A stretch of DNA of 56,155 bases from Alphaproteobacteria bacterium (lineage in GTDB: Bacteria; Pseudomonadota; Alphaproteobacteria; RF32; CAG-239), in contig JAFVEP010000024.1 in assembly GCA_017475935.1 (NCBI GenBank), positions 1-56,155 on the forward strand, read 5' to 3'. The translations under genes and the position numbers were made by a program. Below, one piece after another: positions 7,330-17,598 of this stretch. Numbering within the stretch: position 1 is the first letter of the stretch; every line of letters starts with the position of its first letter. The notes below the pieces were generated by a model, which ran no database searches, was not told where the DNA came from, and saw nothing but the letters and a program-made list of their open reading frames with translations.

Positions 7330-8466
7330 TCAATCGTCAAAATCTTCGTCATCGGAAGTTGATAGAACCGACATGCATAAAATAATCCCGAAGCTGGCCA
7401 TCAGCGAAAACATAACCGTTCCGCCGTACGAAATAAGCGGCAGCGGCACACCGACAACCGGAAGCAGACCCATAACCATCGCAATGTTGATGAAAACATA
7501 TAAAAAATAGTTCGTATTCAGGCCGATAATCACCAACTTAGCGAAATAATTTTTTGCTCGGTAGGCAAAGACATATCCAAACGCAATGACCAAAATATTG
7601 AGCAGCAAAAGTGATAACCCGCCGATCAGTCCGAACTCTTCGGAAAACATCGTAAAAATGAAGTCCGTATGCTTTTCCGGCAAAAAATTAAGATGCGTCT
7701 GCGTGCCATGCAAAAAGCCTTTTCCCCATAATCCACCGGAACCGAACGCAATTTTCGATTGAATAATGTGATACCCTGCCCCAAGCGGATCCCGCTCCGG
7801 ATCCAAAAAAGTCAAAACTCGGTTTTTTTGATATTCATGCAAAAAATTCCAGATCAGAGGCAGTAAAGCACCCCCTGCAACCGCTACAACGGCAAACTTC
7901 CACCATTGCACGCCGATGGCAAACAGAATAATCGTTGCCGTCAAAAGCAACATAGTCGCTGTTCCCAAATCCGGTTCCAAAATAATGAGCGCAACGGGAA
8001 TCAGCACTAAAATCGCCGGAATAATAATGCCGCGAAAAGATTGAATCACCTGCAGCGATGTCGAGCTGAAATAGCGCGCCAAAAAAAGCACCAAGCCGAT
8101 TTTCATCAACTCTGACGGCTGTATTTTGAAAAAGCCGAGATCAATCCAACGCTGCGCCCCCATGCCGACATGCCCGCCAACTTCAACAGCCACCAAAAGA
8201 AGCAAGGTAACGGCATAAAAAACATAGGAAAATTTGTAATAATTTTTAACATCAATCATCGCTAACCCAAGCATTAACAGCAGAGAAAGCCCAAAACGAC
8301 TAATGTGGCGAAAAGCCCAAGGACTCCAACTTCCGTTGGCCGCAGAATACAACGTTGTCGTACCGATAACGGCCAACAGCACAATCAAAAAAATATAAGA
8401 AAAACTCAAGCGGAAAAATTTATCGCGCCAGGTTAATTTTTGTTTTGCAAATTCCAACTCGTGCAT
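7330..8466 (-). CDS. rodA: SEDS-family peptidoglycan glycosyltransferase RodA
   Basis: 378 aa polytopic FtsW/RodA/SpoVE-like protein, immediately downstream of mrdA in the mre operon. Confidence 0.9.
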   Translation of the reverse strand: MHELEFAKQKLTWRDKFFRLSFSYIFLIVLLAVIGTTTLYSAANGSWSPWAFRHISRFGLSLLLMLGLAMIDVKNYYKFSYVFYAVTLLLLVAVEVGGHVGMGAQRWIDLGFFKIQPSELMKIGLVLFLARYFSSTSLQVIQSFRGIIIPAILVLIPVALIILEPDLGTATMLLLTATIILFAIGVQWWKFAVVAVAGGALLPLIWNFLHEYQKNRVLTFLDPERDPLGAGYHIIQSKIAFGSGGLWGKGFLHGTQTHLNFLPEKHTDFIFTMFSEEFGLIGGLSLLLLNILVIAFGYVFAYRAKNYFAKLVIIGLNTNYFLYVFINIAMVMGLLPVVGVPLPLISYGGTVMFSLMASFGIILCMSVLSTSDDEDFDD

Positions 8467-8470
8467 TTTT

Positions 8471-10279
8471 TCACCTTATATCCAACTTAAGCGCTTCCTG
8501 CAAAATTTTACCGGCAATCGGCGCCGCCACACCGGAACCGGAAGAACCATGTTCTACAATAACGGCAACCGCATACCGCGGATTATCCACCGGTGTAAAT
8601 CCGATGAAAAGAGCATGATTGCGCAAATTCCACGGCAAATTTTCATCTCGGGTAATGCCGCGTCTCCGTTCTTTCATAGAGATACGTCTGACCTGCGTCG
8701 TCCCCGTTTTTCCGCCCATTTTTGCACCATTGACATTGAAGCGCGCCCGACCGGCCGTACCTCCGGCACCGTTAACAACTTCAAACATCCCCTGTTTCAC
8801 GATTTCAATATTACGCACAGAAATCTTCAGCCGCTTTATTTTTTTCAAATTTTCCTTACTTTGTTTCACAAAAGTCGGTTGAACGGCATATCCCCCGTTA
8901 ACGACTCGAGCCAGCATCGTCACAAGCTGCAAAGGCGTAACCAAAACATAGCCTTGCCCGATACCTGAATTGGCCGAATCCCCCCTGCTCCACAGCGTGC
9001 CGTATTTTTCTTTTTTCCACTCTTTAGATGGGATCAATCCGGATTTTTCATTATCCAAACCGACATTTAAAATCTGCCCCATACCCAGTTGCAGAGCCAT
9101 ATCATGAATTTTATCAATACCGACTCTGAGCGCCGTTTCATAAAAGAAAATATCGCAAGAATGTTTCAACGCTTCAACCACATTCAAGTAACCGTGTCCG
9201 GAATGTTTCCAGCAGTGAAAGCGAATATTACCGATATCCATGCCGCCGGTACAATTAAACTCTGTATTCAGATTGATAACACCGGCTTCAAGCGCCGCCA
9301 ACGCCACCACAATTTTAAATGTCGACCCTGGGGAATACTGTCCCGAAACGGCCTTATTGATCAACGGTGTGCGCTCGTTATTGAGCAGTGCATTCCAGTG
9401 CTTGTAGCTGATACCGCCGGCAAACAGGTTCGGATCATAGGAAGGAGTTGAAACCAGTGCCAAAATTTCACCGCTGTGTACGTCAAGCACGACCGCCGCC
9501 CCGCTTTCATTACCGAAAGCCTCAAACGCCGCCTGTTGCAAGCGCGAATCAATGGTGATGGAAACGCTTTGGCCTTCTGAGCCGGCTTCTCTTTCTATTT
9601 CCTTCATCACCCGCCCGAAAGCATTAACTTCCAACTTAATCGAACCGACTTTGCCTTGCAAAATATGATCCAATGTTTTTTCCAATCCGGACTTGCCGAT
9701 TTTAAATCCGGGAACCATGTACAGCGGATTTTCCTGTTTGTCACCCTCGGCAACCGGTCCGACATAACCTAAAACATGGGCATATAAATTAGCGTACGGA
9801 TAATATCTGTTTAAGCCTTCATCAATTTCAATCCCCGGAAGTTCCGGCGCATGCAGCAAAATTTTAGCGACTTCTTCCCATGTCAGATTATCTTTAAGCT
9901 TAATCGGCACAAACCTTTTGCGTTTGCGAATATTTTGTTCGATTTTCACTTTTTCTTCATCATTAAACGGAACAATCCGTTCAAATATTTCCAGTGTTTT
10001 TTGAATATCCGGCGTTTGTTCGGCGATCAGCAAAACCTGAAAATTCTGATCATTTTTAGCAATCAATTCACCGTTTCTGTCATAGATCACCCCGCGCGGA
10101 GCCACTAAAAACCGCGTTGAAATTCTATTTTCATCAGACAATGTGCGATATTTATCCGCTTGATAAATCTGCAAATAGCATAAACGCGCCACAATCAGTA
10201 AGAACGCCGCCAGATTGAACAAAATAATCCACAGTGTTCGTCGGCTTAATACTTTAATTTTATCCGTGTTTTTACTCAT
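8471..10279 (-). CDS. mrdA: penicillin-binding protein 2 (elongasome transpeptidase)
   Basis: Motifs STFK and KTGT, with an N-terminal TM anchor. Start placed at MSKNTDKIK (10279), overlapping the mreD stop by 8 nt. The ORF extends to 10321. Confidence 0.9.
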   Translation of the reverse strand: MSKNTDKIKVLSRRTLWIILFNLAAFLLIVARLCYLQIYQADKYRTLSDENRISTRFLVAPRGVIYDRNGELIAKNDQNFQVLLIAEQTPDIQKTLEIFERIVPFNDEEKVKIEQNIRKRKRFVPIKLKDNLTWEEVAKILLHAPELPGIEIDEGLNRYYPYANLYAHVLGYVGPVAEGDKQENPLYMVPGFKIGKSGLEKTLDHILQGKVGSIKLEVNAFGRVMKEIEREAGSEGQSVSITIDSRLQQAAFEAFGNESGAAVVLDVHSGEILALVSTPSYDPNLFAGGISYKHWNALLNNERTPLINKAVSGQYSPGSTFKIVVALAALEAGVINLNTEFNCTGGMDIGNIRFHCWKHSGHGYLNVVEALKHSCDIFFYETALRVGIDKIHDMALQLGMGQILNVGLDNEKSGLIPSKEWKKEKYGTLWSRGDSANSGIGQGYVLVTPLQLVTMLARVVNGGYAVQPTFVKQSKENLKKIKRLKISVRNIEIVKQGMFEVVNGAGGTAGRARFNVNGAKMGGKTGTTQVRRISMKERRRGITRDENLPWNLRNHALFIGFTPVDNPRYAVAVIVEHGSSGSGVAAPIAGKILQEALKLDIR

Positions 10280-10799
10280 TAATCCCCTCTTGCGGCAAAA
10301 ATTTATTTTGCAGCCAAACATTAACAGATACGATCAGCGGATAAAACATCACAGTCGAAATAAAGTTCAGCAGAACTTCCGTCAACGAAAGAAAACTTTG
10401 GTGATATAGCGAAAGAAGAAGCCATTTCAACAAAATAAAAGCCAAGCCGATAAATATAAAGCTAACCCAACTCCAGCAAAAAGATAAAGCATAAAGAAGC
10501 TTGCTCAGACGATGTAAAACAAAAACGAAAAACATCATCATCAAAACATTTGTGCCGAGCGGCGATGAACTGTATATATCAGTCAAAAATCCGACGCGAA
10601 ACGCCGCAAAATAGCCGAAGGAATCCTTTTTCCGAATTGTCCAGTAATAGACACATATCACGCCGATCGTCGGGCGAAAAAAATTCGTTTGGCTCATATG
10701 AATCGGCATATAAAACAAGAACATCAACAAAATCGTCGCCAACAGCGGCACGGCATTAATCAGCATGATGCGTGCATTTTCTTGCCAACTGTCATTCAT
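10272..10799 (-). CDS. mreD: rod shape-determining protein MreD
   Basis: 175 aa polytopic membrane protein between mreC and mrdA. Its start abuts the mreC stop. Confidence 0.8.
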   Translation of the reverse strand: MNDSWQENARIMLINAVPLLATILLMFLFYMPIHMSQTNFFRPTIGVICVYYWTIRKKDSFGYFAAFRVGFLTDIYSSSPLGTNVLMMMFFVFVLHRLSKLLYALSFCWSWVSFIFIGLAFILLKWLLLSLYHQSFLSLTEVLLNFISTVMFYPLIVSVNVWLQNKFLPQEGINE

Positions 10800-11663
10800 C
10801 TATGGCACCTCCGTCGAAGAATCGGGAAGTTCATCAAGTGTCAAGCCATAATCAACAATCCGTACATATTCGATTCGACTTATATCGGCCATTGTTTCCA
10901 CACTGATCACGCCGCCTTTATTAGAGCTGACAAAGCCGATCGGCAAACCGGCCGGAAACATTCCGCCGACACCGGAGGTTACGATCACATCACCTTCTTG
11001 CACATCAGCATTCGAGCGCACAAAAATCATCTGCGGAAACGCCGTATTATTTCCGCTCAAAATTCCCCGCACTCTGGTTCTTTCCACCACCACCGGAATT
11101 TTCGAGTTAATATCCGTCACCAAAATAACCTTGGCATAATGGCCGCTCACACTGTCTATACGTCCGATCACACTTTCATCACCCAAAACGATCTGACCTC
11201 TTTTCACATTTTCATCACCGATATAAACCAAAATCATATGGGTAAAATTATCCCCAGATTCCGCAATAATTTTTGCGCTGATAAACGACGCTTCCAGCGG
11301 CGGAACATAATTCAAAAGTCTTTCCAAAAGTTGATTTTCCACCTCCAGCGTTCGCACTTTATTTTGCAAAACCATAAGCTGATGATTTTCCGCGCGCAGA
11401 ATTTTATTATCGGCATATATATGGCTGATATCATAAAAATAAGTATAGATACGATGGATAATGCGCGCCGGAAATTCAATAACACTCATCACCGGACCGG
11501 TCACGGAAATCATTGCTTTGTCAATTTTATCAACCATAGGGCTATTGACTTTTCCGAGCAGAAAAAACATTCCGGCACAAACAAACAAGAGCACAACAAA
11601 AAAACGCCGCAAGACTGCTCTCAGCTGACCGATTTTAAGAAGCCATGCGCCGTTTTTTTTCAT
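10800..11663 (-). CDS. mreC: rod shape-determining protein MreC
   Basis: 287 aa with an N-terminal TM helix, a coiled-coil (NHQLMVLQNKVRTLEVENQLL) and a beta-rich C-domain (GDVIVTSG...FPAGLPIG). Confidence 0.9.
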   Translation of the reverse strand: MKKNGAWLLKIGQLRAVLRRFFVVLLFVCAGMFFLLGKVNSPMVDKIDKAMISVTGPVMSVIEFPARIIHRIYTYFYDISHIYADNKILRAENHQLMVLQNKVRTLEVENQLLERLLNYVPPLEASFISAKIIAESGDNFTHMILVYIGDENVKRGQIVLGDESVIGRIDSVSGHYAKVILVTDINSKIPVVVERTRVRGILSGNNTAFPQMIFVRSNADVQEGDVIVTSGVGGMFPAGLPIGFVSSNKGGVISVETMADISRIEYVRIVDYGLTLDELPDSSTEVP

Positions 11664-11689
11664 TGATTATTCCTTTTATTGCCCGTTTA

Positions 11690-12772
<1,083 letters not shown>

Positions 12773-12784
12773 TCACGTTAATGT

Positions 12785-13726
12785 TCAAGTGATATTTTCA
12801 TTGATCGCCTTGATAATTTGACTTAAAAATTCATGCTGATTTTCATAAGGCTCAGACAGCACAAAATCCGCCGTTGTTTTTTGTTTAAGCCATGTTCTTT
12901 GTCTTTTAGCATATTGTCGGGTATGCAGTTTTGCACTTTCCAAGGCCGTTTCCAACGAACATTCTCCGCGCACAAACCGGCTTAATTCCGGAACGCCCAA
13001 AGCTTTCATAACCGGCAAATCCGGCGCCAAATTTTGCCTAACCAAATTTTCGATTTCTTGCACAACGCCGTATTGATAAACCATCAAATCCAGTCTTTGA
13101 CGGCAGCGGCTTTCAATTTCATCGATCGTCGGCACAATTTTAACTTTAACAAATCGTGCTTCCGGAAGCTTTTGCACCAATGGAAGTTTATACCAATCCG
13201 AAACCTTTTCGCCGGTAAATTCGATAATCTCCAGTGCCCGCACAATGCGTACCTGATCATTGCCGTTTATCTTCCGTCCGATTGCAGGATCCAAGCGACA
13301 AAGGCTGTCATACAATGCGGCCAACCCTTCTTTATGCAAACGTTGATTTATCTTCTGCCGCACTTCCGGCGCAACCGGCGGAATCGGCGTCACGCCGTTA
13401 ACCAGCGCATCGGCGTAAAATCCTGTTCCACCAACAACAACCGGAATTTTTCCCTCTTGCCATATTTTTTTAATTTCCGCCACACACAAATCAAGCCAAT
13501 CAACAACATTCCCGCGTTTGGCGCAATCATAAATTTCGAACAAACGATGTTCGACTTTGGCATAATCGTCAGCAGACGGCGCCGCCGAAATAATCGGCAC
13601 GCCTTTATATATCTGAACCGAATCGCAATTAACGACCACGCCGCCGGCTTTCAGTGCGACCTCCATGGCTAATTTCGATTTTCCCGAAGCTGTCGGGCCG
13701 GATATAACAACAACACTGTGATTCAT
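12785..13726 (-). CDS. miaA: tRNA dimethylallyltransferase
   Basis: P-loop VVISGPTASGKS. Start placed at MNHSVVV (13726), just after the U32 stop. The ORF extends to 13753. Confidence 0.9.
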   Translation of the reverse strand: MNHSVVVISGPTASGKSKLAMEVALKAGGVVVNCDSVQIYKGVPIISAAPSADDYAKVEHRLFEIYDCAKRGNVVDWLDLCVAEIKKIWQEGKIPVVVGGTGFYADALVNGVTPIPPVAPEVRQKINQRLHKEGLAALYDSLCRLDPAIGRKINGNDQVRIVRALEIIEFTGEKVSDWYKLPLVQKLPEARFVKVKIVPTIDEIESRCRQRLDLMVYQYGVVQEIENLVRQNLAPDLPVMKALGVPELSRFVRGECSLETALESAKLHTRQYAKRQRTWLKQKTTADFVLSEPYENQHEFLSQIIKAINENIT

Positions 13727-13727
13727 C

Positions 13728-15137
13728 TTATTCTTGTGCCGGACACCCTTCAATCAACTGATCAAATTCATCTTTTTTACGTGCATACATTTGCGCATTA
13801 TCACCCTTCAGTCCCTGATATTTGCGTGCGATCACAAACTGCGGAAGCAAGCGTTTAATTTCGGCAATCGGCCGCTTCCACCGATCCGGACGAATACGGA
13901 TTTTTTTCCCTTCACCGGCAGAAACTTTGGTGGTTATTTCGCCGCTGTCAGCATCTTCAAAAGAATCCAGAACAAGACGCACATTCTCCATCGAAGAAGG
14001 AATTAAGAAGTCAATAAATTCACCCGAATTAATATAATTTCTGATTTCAAAAACAGCATCATCTCCCTGCCATTCAACAATTGATCCGGCAAAGAGCCAC
14101 TCACCGAGCGTACGCGTATATTCATAATTCTGGCTGATATTTGTCAGCTTGCCGTCGTGGAAACCCAGACAATAGCCTCTGTTTTGCAAGGAATAGAGGT
14201 CATCCATATATTTTTCGTAATTCCAGCTCTGCGGATCACGGTAATAGTCATCAATTGCCTGCCGATAAGCTCTGGCCACCGTTCCGGCATAATATTCCGT
14301 TTTGTTGCGGCCTTCAACTTTGAGTGAATCCATACCGATCGACAAGATATCATTGAGCCGCGGCATCAAGCACATATCTTTCGAATTGAGCAAGTAGCCG
14401 CCATGTTCATCCTCTACAATTTCGTAATATTCATCCGGTCTGAATTCTTCTTCCAACATAAAATCGAGAGTCTGAACATTTTCCGGCGTTATATTCAGAT
14501 CTTTGATTGTCCCGTCTTTCATTTTCACTTTAAGTTTATAGTGCCACCGACAGCAATGCGCGCATTTGCCGCGATTCGCGCTGCGATCGGCCATAAAATT
14601 AGAGATCAGACAGCGGCCGGAATAGGACATACACATGGCTCCGTGCACAAAACATTCAAGCAAAACATCCGGACATTTTTCTCTGATTTCCTTCATTTCG
14701 GCAAACGTAACTTCACGGCCGAGAACACATAATTTTGCCCCCATAGACTGCCAAAAATCAACCGTTTGCCACGAGCAAATATTGGCCTGCGTTGACACAA
14801 AACGATTAAGTTCCGGCGCATGCTGCTGCAAGTAATAAAACACACCCGGATCAGCCACCAACACACCATCCGGCTTCAGTTCCTGCAGTGTTTTGACGAA
14901 CATCGGCAGTTTAGCGGCTTCTTCGTTATGAATATACAGATTCAGCGTCAAATATATTTTTTTGCCGTGTGCATGCACAAAGTCTATTCCTTCTTTTAGA
15001 TCTTCCAGCGAAAATTTAGACTGTGTGCGCAAGCTCATATCCGGCGTACCGGCATAAACCGCATCTGCTCCGTATAAAATCGCCGTTTTAAGTTTAACCA
15101 GCGAACCGGCCGGCAGTAATAGTTCAGCTTTTTTCAT
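13728..15137 (-). CDS. peptidase U32-family protein (YegQ/TrhP-like)
   Basis: N-terminus MKKAELLLPAGSLVKLKTAILYGADAVYAG and a Cys cluster (CMSYSGRC...CAHCCRW) typical of the U32 family. Confidence 0.8.
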   Translation of the reverse strand: MKKAELLLPAGSLVKLKTAILYGADAVYAGTPDMSLRTQSKFSLEDLKEGIDFVHAHGKKIYLTLNLYIHNEEAAKLPMFVKTLQELKPDGVLVADPGVFYYLQQHAPELNRFVSTQANICSWQTVDFWQSMGAKLCVLGREVTFAEMKEIREKCPDVLLECFVHGAMCMSYSGRCLISNFMADRSANRGKCAHCCRWHYKLKVKMKDGTIKDLNITPENVQTLDFMLEEEFRPDEYYEIVEDEHGGYLLNSKDMCLMPRLNDILSIGMDSLKVEGRNKTEYYAGTVARAYRQAIDDYYRDPQSWNYEKYMDDLYSLQNRGYCLGFHDGKLTNISQNYEYTRTLGEWLFAGSIVEWQGDDAVFEIRNYINSGEFIDFLIPSSMENVRLVLDSFEDADSGEITTKVSAGEGKKIRIRPDRWKRPIAEIKRLLPQFVIARKYQGLKGDNAQMYARKKDEFDQLIEGCPAQE

Positions 15138-15913
15138 TATTTTACGACCTCAATTTTTGTTGCAACGGTTTCCATTTTACCAAACGGAGTTGATTCCATA
15201 ACCGCCTTTGCCAAGAACGGAACTTTTGTTTTTTCATCTTTCAGCACCCAAAAGATGATGGGTTCGTTACGATCAACCAAAAATCCGGCATCGGCATCAT
15301 CTAAAATTTCCATATTATAGCGGCATTTCAACGCCTTACCTTTAAAAAACGCCGTTTCGATTTTCTCTCTGCCAAGTGTTTTTACTTTCGAAAGGGCATA
15401 GCGTTTTCCGTTGAACGAATATTTTTCAAAATCACAATTATCCTTGCGTTGAATTTGTTCAATCAAGGCGGCGAATGTCGAGAGCAAATCATTAGACGAC
15501 GGATAAGCTTCATCAACCACAATCGCATCTCGGCGTTTTTTATCGTTTTTGGTACTCACGCGATACTGGGGAACACCGTTTTGATACACAATTTCTTTCG
15601 TACGATGTCTAAATCGCGAATGAGCCTCATAAAAATAGTCCTGCGGTCGAAACACATCTTTTTCATATGTTCCGACAGCGTGGTACTGCGCTTTAAAAGG
15701 ATATAGCGTCCCGAAAGTACCGGTGGTGATGAGCGAAGTTTTCACATCATAATCTTTGCTGCGATAAAACGAATATTCCAATGTTTCTTCGCAGGCATCA
15801 AAAACGCCGATACTTGTTTTAAAATAATGTTTAACCTGCAGTGCTTGCACCGGTGCAGCCGTCAGCAAAAAAAACAAAAAGAAAAAAAAGTTGTAGTGCA
15901 TTTTATTAGCCAA
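15137..15913 (-). CDS. exported hypothetical protein (possibly DUF3108-like)
   Basis: Signal peptide FFFFLFFLLTAAPVQA. The stop overlaps the U32 ATG (TAATG). Confidence 0.55.
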   Translation of the reverse strand: MANKMHYNFFFFLFFLLTAAPVQALQVKHYFKTSIGVFDACEETLEYSFYRSKDYDVKTSLITTGTFGTLYPFKAQYHAVGTYEKDVFRPQDYFYEAHSRFRHRTKEIVYQNGVPQYRVSTKNDKKRRDAIVVDEAYPSSNDLLSTFAALIEQIQRKDNCDFEKYSFNGKRYALSKVKTLGREKIETAFFKGKALKCRYNMEILDDADAGFLVDRNEPIIFWVLKDEKTKVPFLAKAVMESTPFGKMETVATKIEVVK

Positions 15914-15971
15914 TCCTTAAGCAATTTTTTCTAAAATAGCACAAAAAACAGGATAATAAAGGAAAAAATTC

Positions 15972-16880
15972 ATGGGTGCAAAAGTTTTATTGCTTTACGG
16001 CGGATTTTCCGCAGAAAAAGAGGTCAGTAAATCATCAAAGAATGACATTGCTCAAGCCTTAAAATCCAAAGGATATGATGTTATTGAACATGAATTGGCC
16101 GATGTGTGGCAACTACTTGCGGTCATTCAAAAAGAAAAACCGGCGGTTATCTATAACGGTCTTTACGGAAACTGGGGTGAAGACGGCGAAATTCAGGCGC
16201 TTTTAGACATGTTGCAAATTCCCTACACTCATTCACCGATGAAGGCCTCCGTTTTGGGTATGGATAAAAATTTAACCAAAAAAATCGCTGCTGAATGCGG
16301 CATTAAAACCGCTCCGAGCGAAACAAAAACCTATGCTGAATTAATGCAAAACGGCACCGCGATTGACTATCCGTATGTTGTCAAGCCGATTTGCGACGGT
16401 TCAAGCGTCGGTGTTTTCATCGTCCGGCAGGAAAGCGATCTGAAGGCTGTTCATTATGATACTCCCCAAATGCCGGTAATGATTGAAAAATACATCGCCG
16501 GCCGCGAATTGACAGCCATGTGTTTAGAGGGCAAATCTTACGTTGTTACCGAGCTCAAAGCTAAAAACGATTTTTATGATTATCAGGCCAAATATACCGA
16601 CGGTTTAACCACACACATCCTCCCGGCTGATTTACCGTACGAAGTCAGCGAAGCATGTTTGCGTTATGCCGAAAAAATCCACCAAGCGCTCGGTTGCCGC
16701 ACACTGTCGCGTTCTGACTTCCGATACAATCCGCAAGACGGCGTTGTTTTTTTGGAAATCAACACCAACCCCGGCATGACCTCATTGTCACTTGTACCGG
16801 AGCAGGCCGCTTACATCGGTCTGTCCTATGCGGATTTGTGCGATAAATTGATACAAAACGCCTCCTTCCGCAAAAGATAG
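15972..16880 (+). CDS. ddl: D-alanine--D-alanine ligase
   Basis: ATP-grasp protein of 302 aa. N-terminus LLYGGFSAEKEVS and C-terminus FLEINTNPGMT. Confidence 0.9.
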   Translation: MGAKVLLLYGGFSAEKEVSKSSKNDIAQALKSKGYDVIEHELADVWQLLAVIQKEKPAVIYNGLYGNWGEDGEIQALLDMLQIPYTHSPMKASVLGMDKNLTKKIAAECGIKTAPSETKTYAELMQNGTAIDYPYVVKPICDGSSVGVFIVRQESDLKAVHYDTPQMPVMIEKYIAGRELTAMCLEGKSYVVTELKAKNDFYDYQAKYTDGLTTHILPADLPYEVSEACLRYAEKIHQALGCRTLSRSDFRYNPQDGVVFLEINTNPGMTSLSLVPEQAAYIGLSYADLCDKLIQNASFRKR

Positions 16881-16905
16881 CATTGATTAAATAACTCACA
16901 AAAAC

Positions 16906-16933
16906 AACGGCAACCCGAAAGTTGCCGTTTTTA
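16906..16933. terminator. bidirectional rho-independent terminator between convergent genes
   Basis: Stem AACGGCAAC/GTTGCCGTT with loop ccgaaa, an A-run upstream and a T-run downstream. Confidence 0.75.
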
Positions 16934-16967
16934 TAATCAAGACTTCATTTACGAAACGCTTTTTAGT

Positions 16968-17390
16968 CTATTCTCTTCCTCCCGCTCTGTGAGGCATTGG
17001 TGTTTCCTTGCCACGCTGAGAAGATTTTTCTGTATTTTCCCATGTATTTTGCTTTGTTTCTTCCGGCACATTTAACCTCTGTTGCTCTTTCTCTTTCAGA
17101 CGACTTTGCACCCGCTTTTTAACTTCTTCAACTTTCTCAGGACTATTTTTCCGGTTATTTTTTTTCTCTTTAACCTTTTGAGACATCTTATTTATTTCTT
17201 GTATGTGTGTATATGCTTCCCTGACGGCCGTATATGCTCCGTATGAACCTACTGTACAAGCCATAATTCCCAAACCGACCGGCCCTCCTACCGCAACACC
17301 GGCGCATACTCCCACGGTACACAACAAAGCAACAACACCCGCCTTCTTATGTTTCTTTCCATAATCTATTGTATTTTTTAAGATATTCAT
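16968..17390 (-). CDS. hypothetical membrane protein with a Gly/Ala-rich TM pair and a K/E-rich tail
   Basis: 140 aa. Contains AGVVALLCTVGVCAGVAVGGPVGLGIMACTVGSYGAY followed by a basic/acidic low-complexity tail. Confidence 0.5.
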   Translation of the reverse strand: MNILKNTIDYGKKHKKAGVVALLCTVGVCAGVAVGGPVGLGIMACTVGSYGAYTAVREAYTHIQEINKMSQKVKEKKNNRKNSPEKVEEVKKRVQSRLKEKEQQRLNVPEETKQNTWENTEKSSQRGKETPMPHRAGGRE

Positions 17391-17526
17391 TTTAACCTTC
17401 GTCGAATCGTTTTTTCTACTTTCAGTTTACCCGCGCGCAAATTTTGTCAGGCGTTTTCGTCATATTTTGTAAATTTTTTTAAGCCACGCCTTTCCGGCAC
17501 CTGTGCGCACCGCATCTTTTTTAAAT

Positions 17527-17560
17527 ATCATCGCTTGCACGGCACCACGCATCCGTTTTG
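17527..17560 (+). repeat. decayed copy of the hairpin-unit family (left arm conserved, right arm degenerate)
   Basis: atcatcgcttgcacggcac matches 55867-55885 at 17/19. The expected right arm no longer pairs. Confidence 0.5.
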
Positions 17561-17598
17561 TAAAAAAAAATGTCATACCCGTCCGACAGGAGGAAATC

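Noticed and set aside
10689-11666. 325-aa plus-strand ORF
   Set aside because: It is antisense to mreC/mreD, which have clear family features. Its product is a His/Arg/Asn-rich low-complexity sequence typical of a shadow ORF.
13034-13672. 212-aa plus-strand ORF
   Set aside because: It is antisense to miaA and shows no motifs or RBS.
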